Below are positions 63,663 through 64,000 of a DNA stretch of 64,000 bases, in pieces; within the stretch, counting starts at the first letter, position 1; every line of letters starts with the position of its first letter. The position numbers and the translations under genes are program-made. The notes under the pieces were generated by a model. It worked only from the letters and a program-made list of their open reading frames with translations. It made no database searches and was not told the origin of the DNA. This stretch comes from an uncultured Oscillospiraceae bacterium (lineage in GTDB: Bacteria > Bacillota > Clostridia > Christensenellales > CAG-138). Location of the stretch: positions 25,381 through 89,380 of the forward strand of contig CAZBBX010000003.1 of the NCBI GenBank assembly GCA_964490325.1, read 5' to 3'.

Positions 63663-64000
63663 GTTCCATTCCTCCAGATCTCTATGATGCGTTTCTCCCG
63701 CTGCAGCGCACAGATGGCGGTGGGACAGGGGGAGAGGGCAGCAAGACGCCTTGCCGCCGTAAGGCGTTCTGCCGTGTCTGCCTTGTTGATGATAAGCCCG
63801 TTGATGGCGGGCCATTGCCGTATGACCGTAAGAAGATCCTCCGCGCTTAGGATATGCGCCGCAGGAGCGTGCAGGATCTCGCAGCAGCGCTCCACGCGAT
63901 GCGCCGCAGAAGCAATACTGCTGCCCACTGCGTCAATGCCCACAACGCCCAAGACGGCCTCCGTGCAGGCGGGCAGTACGGGCTCATAGGCTGCGTGCGC
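63647..64000 (-). CDS. yqeC: selenium cofactor biosynthesis protein YqeC, C-terminal part; 5' end outside window
   Basis: The frame is open to the window edge. The sequence reads ...HAAYEPVLPACTEAVLGVVGIDAVGSSI...AHRVERCCEIL...LIINKADT. It overlaps the yqeB start by 16 nt. Confidence 0.7.
   Translation of the reverse strand, partial: AHAAYEPVLPACTEAVLGVVGIDAVGSSIASAAHRVERCCEILHAPAAHILSAEDLLTVIRQWPAINGLIINKADTAERLTAARRLAALSPCPTAICALQREKRIIEIWRNGTCLYS

Noticed and set aside
60874-63989. 401-aa (60874-62079) and 344-aa (62955-63989) plus-strand ORFs
   Set aside because: They are antisense to selD/xdhC and to yqeB/yqeC respectively. The minus-strand products carry the family signatures and have coupled junctions.

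Overview
This is a densely coding, high-GC (roughly 58-60% by eye) Firmicutes/Clostridia-type chromosomal segment. AGGAGG ribosome-binding sites, TTGACA/TATAAT promoters, sporulation-linked genes and dockerin modules support that placement. I support about 60 protein genes, one RNase P RNA, one likely frameshifted gene, and several promoters and terminators. I saw no rRNA, tRNA, CRISPR array, transposase or integrase.

Layout by position:
- 0-3.5 kb: surface and membrane genes, including a dockerin-tagged MBL-fold hydrolase and a flotillin.
- 3.6-5.5 kb: two divergent orphan regulators (Spo0A-C-like and LytTR) across a roughly 300-bp AT-rich region.
- 5.6-20.1 kb: the most unusual locus. A translationally chained FHA / PP2C / Hanks-kinase triad is followed by small membrane proteins, a 1,653-aa Ig-repeat surface protein, an internal terminator and a 947-aa polytopic protein. 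A class B sortase converges on it.
- 20.8-28.5 kb: a complete oxidative ornithine degradation cluster (ord-ortAB-oraSE-reactivase-orr).
- 28.6-31.4 kb: a selenium/sulfur trafficking set (NifS-like, YedE, YedF, DUF3343).
- 31.4-35.1 kb: glyQS and recD2.
- 35.2-38.4 kb: hydantoinase, MocA-like and guanine deaminase genes.
- 40.9-45.5 kb: a ThiF / Fe-ADH / ferredoxin / aldehyde:ferredoxin oxidoreductase / MoaD module.
- 49.3-52.4 kb: a CsoR-controlled copper operon plus a tiny Cys/Gly-rich ORF.
- 52.5-57.3 kb: housekeeping genes mnmA-trmK-nif3-Zn ribbon-rnpB-trpS.
- 58.3-60.8 kb: an LRR-dockerin protein.
- 60.9-64.0 kb: selD-xdhC-yqeB-yqeC.

All product calls come from motif and architecture recognition by eye; no database search was run. 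Many long ORF-track entries antisense to these genes are high-GC artefacts.
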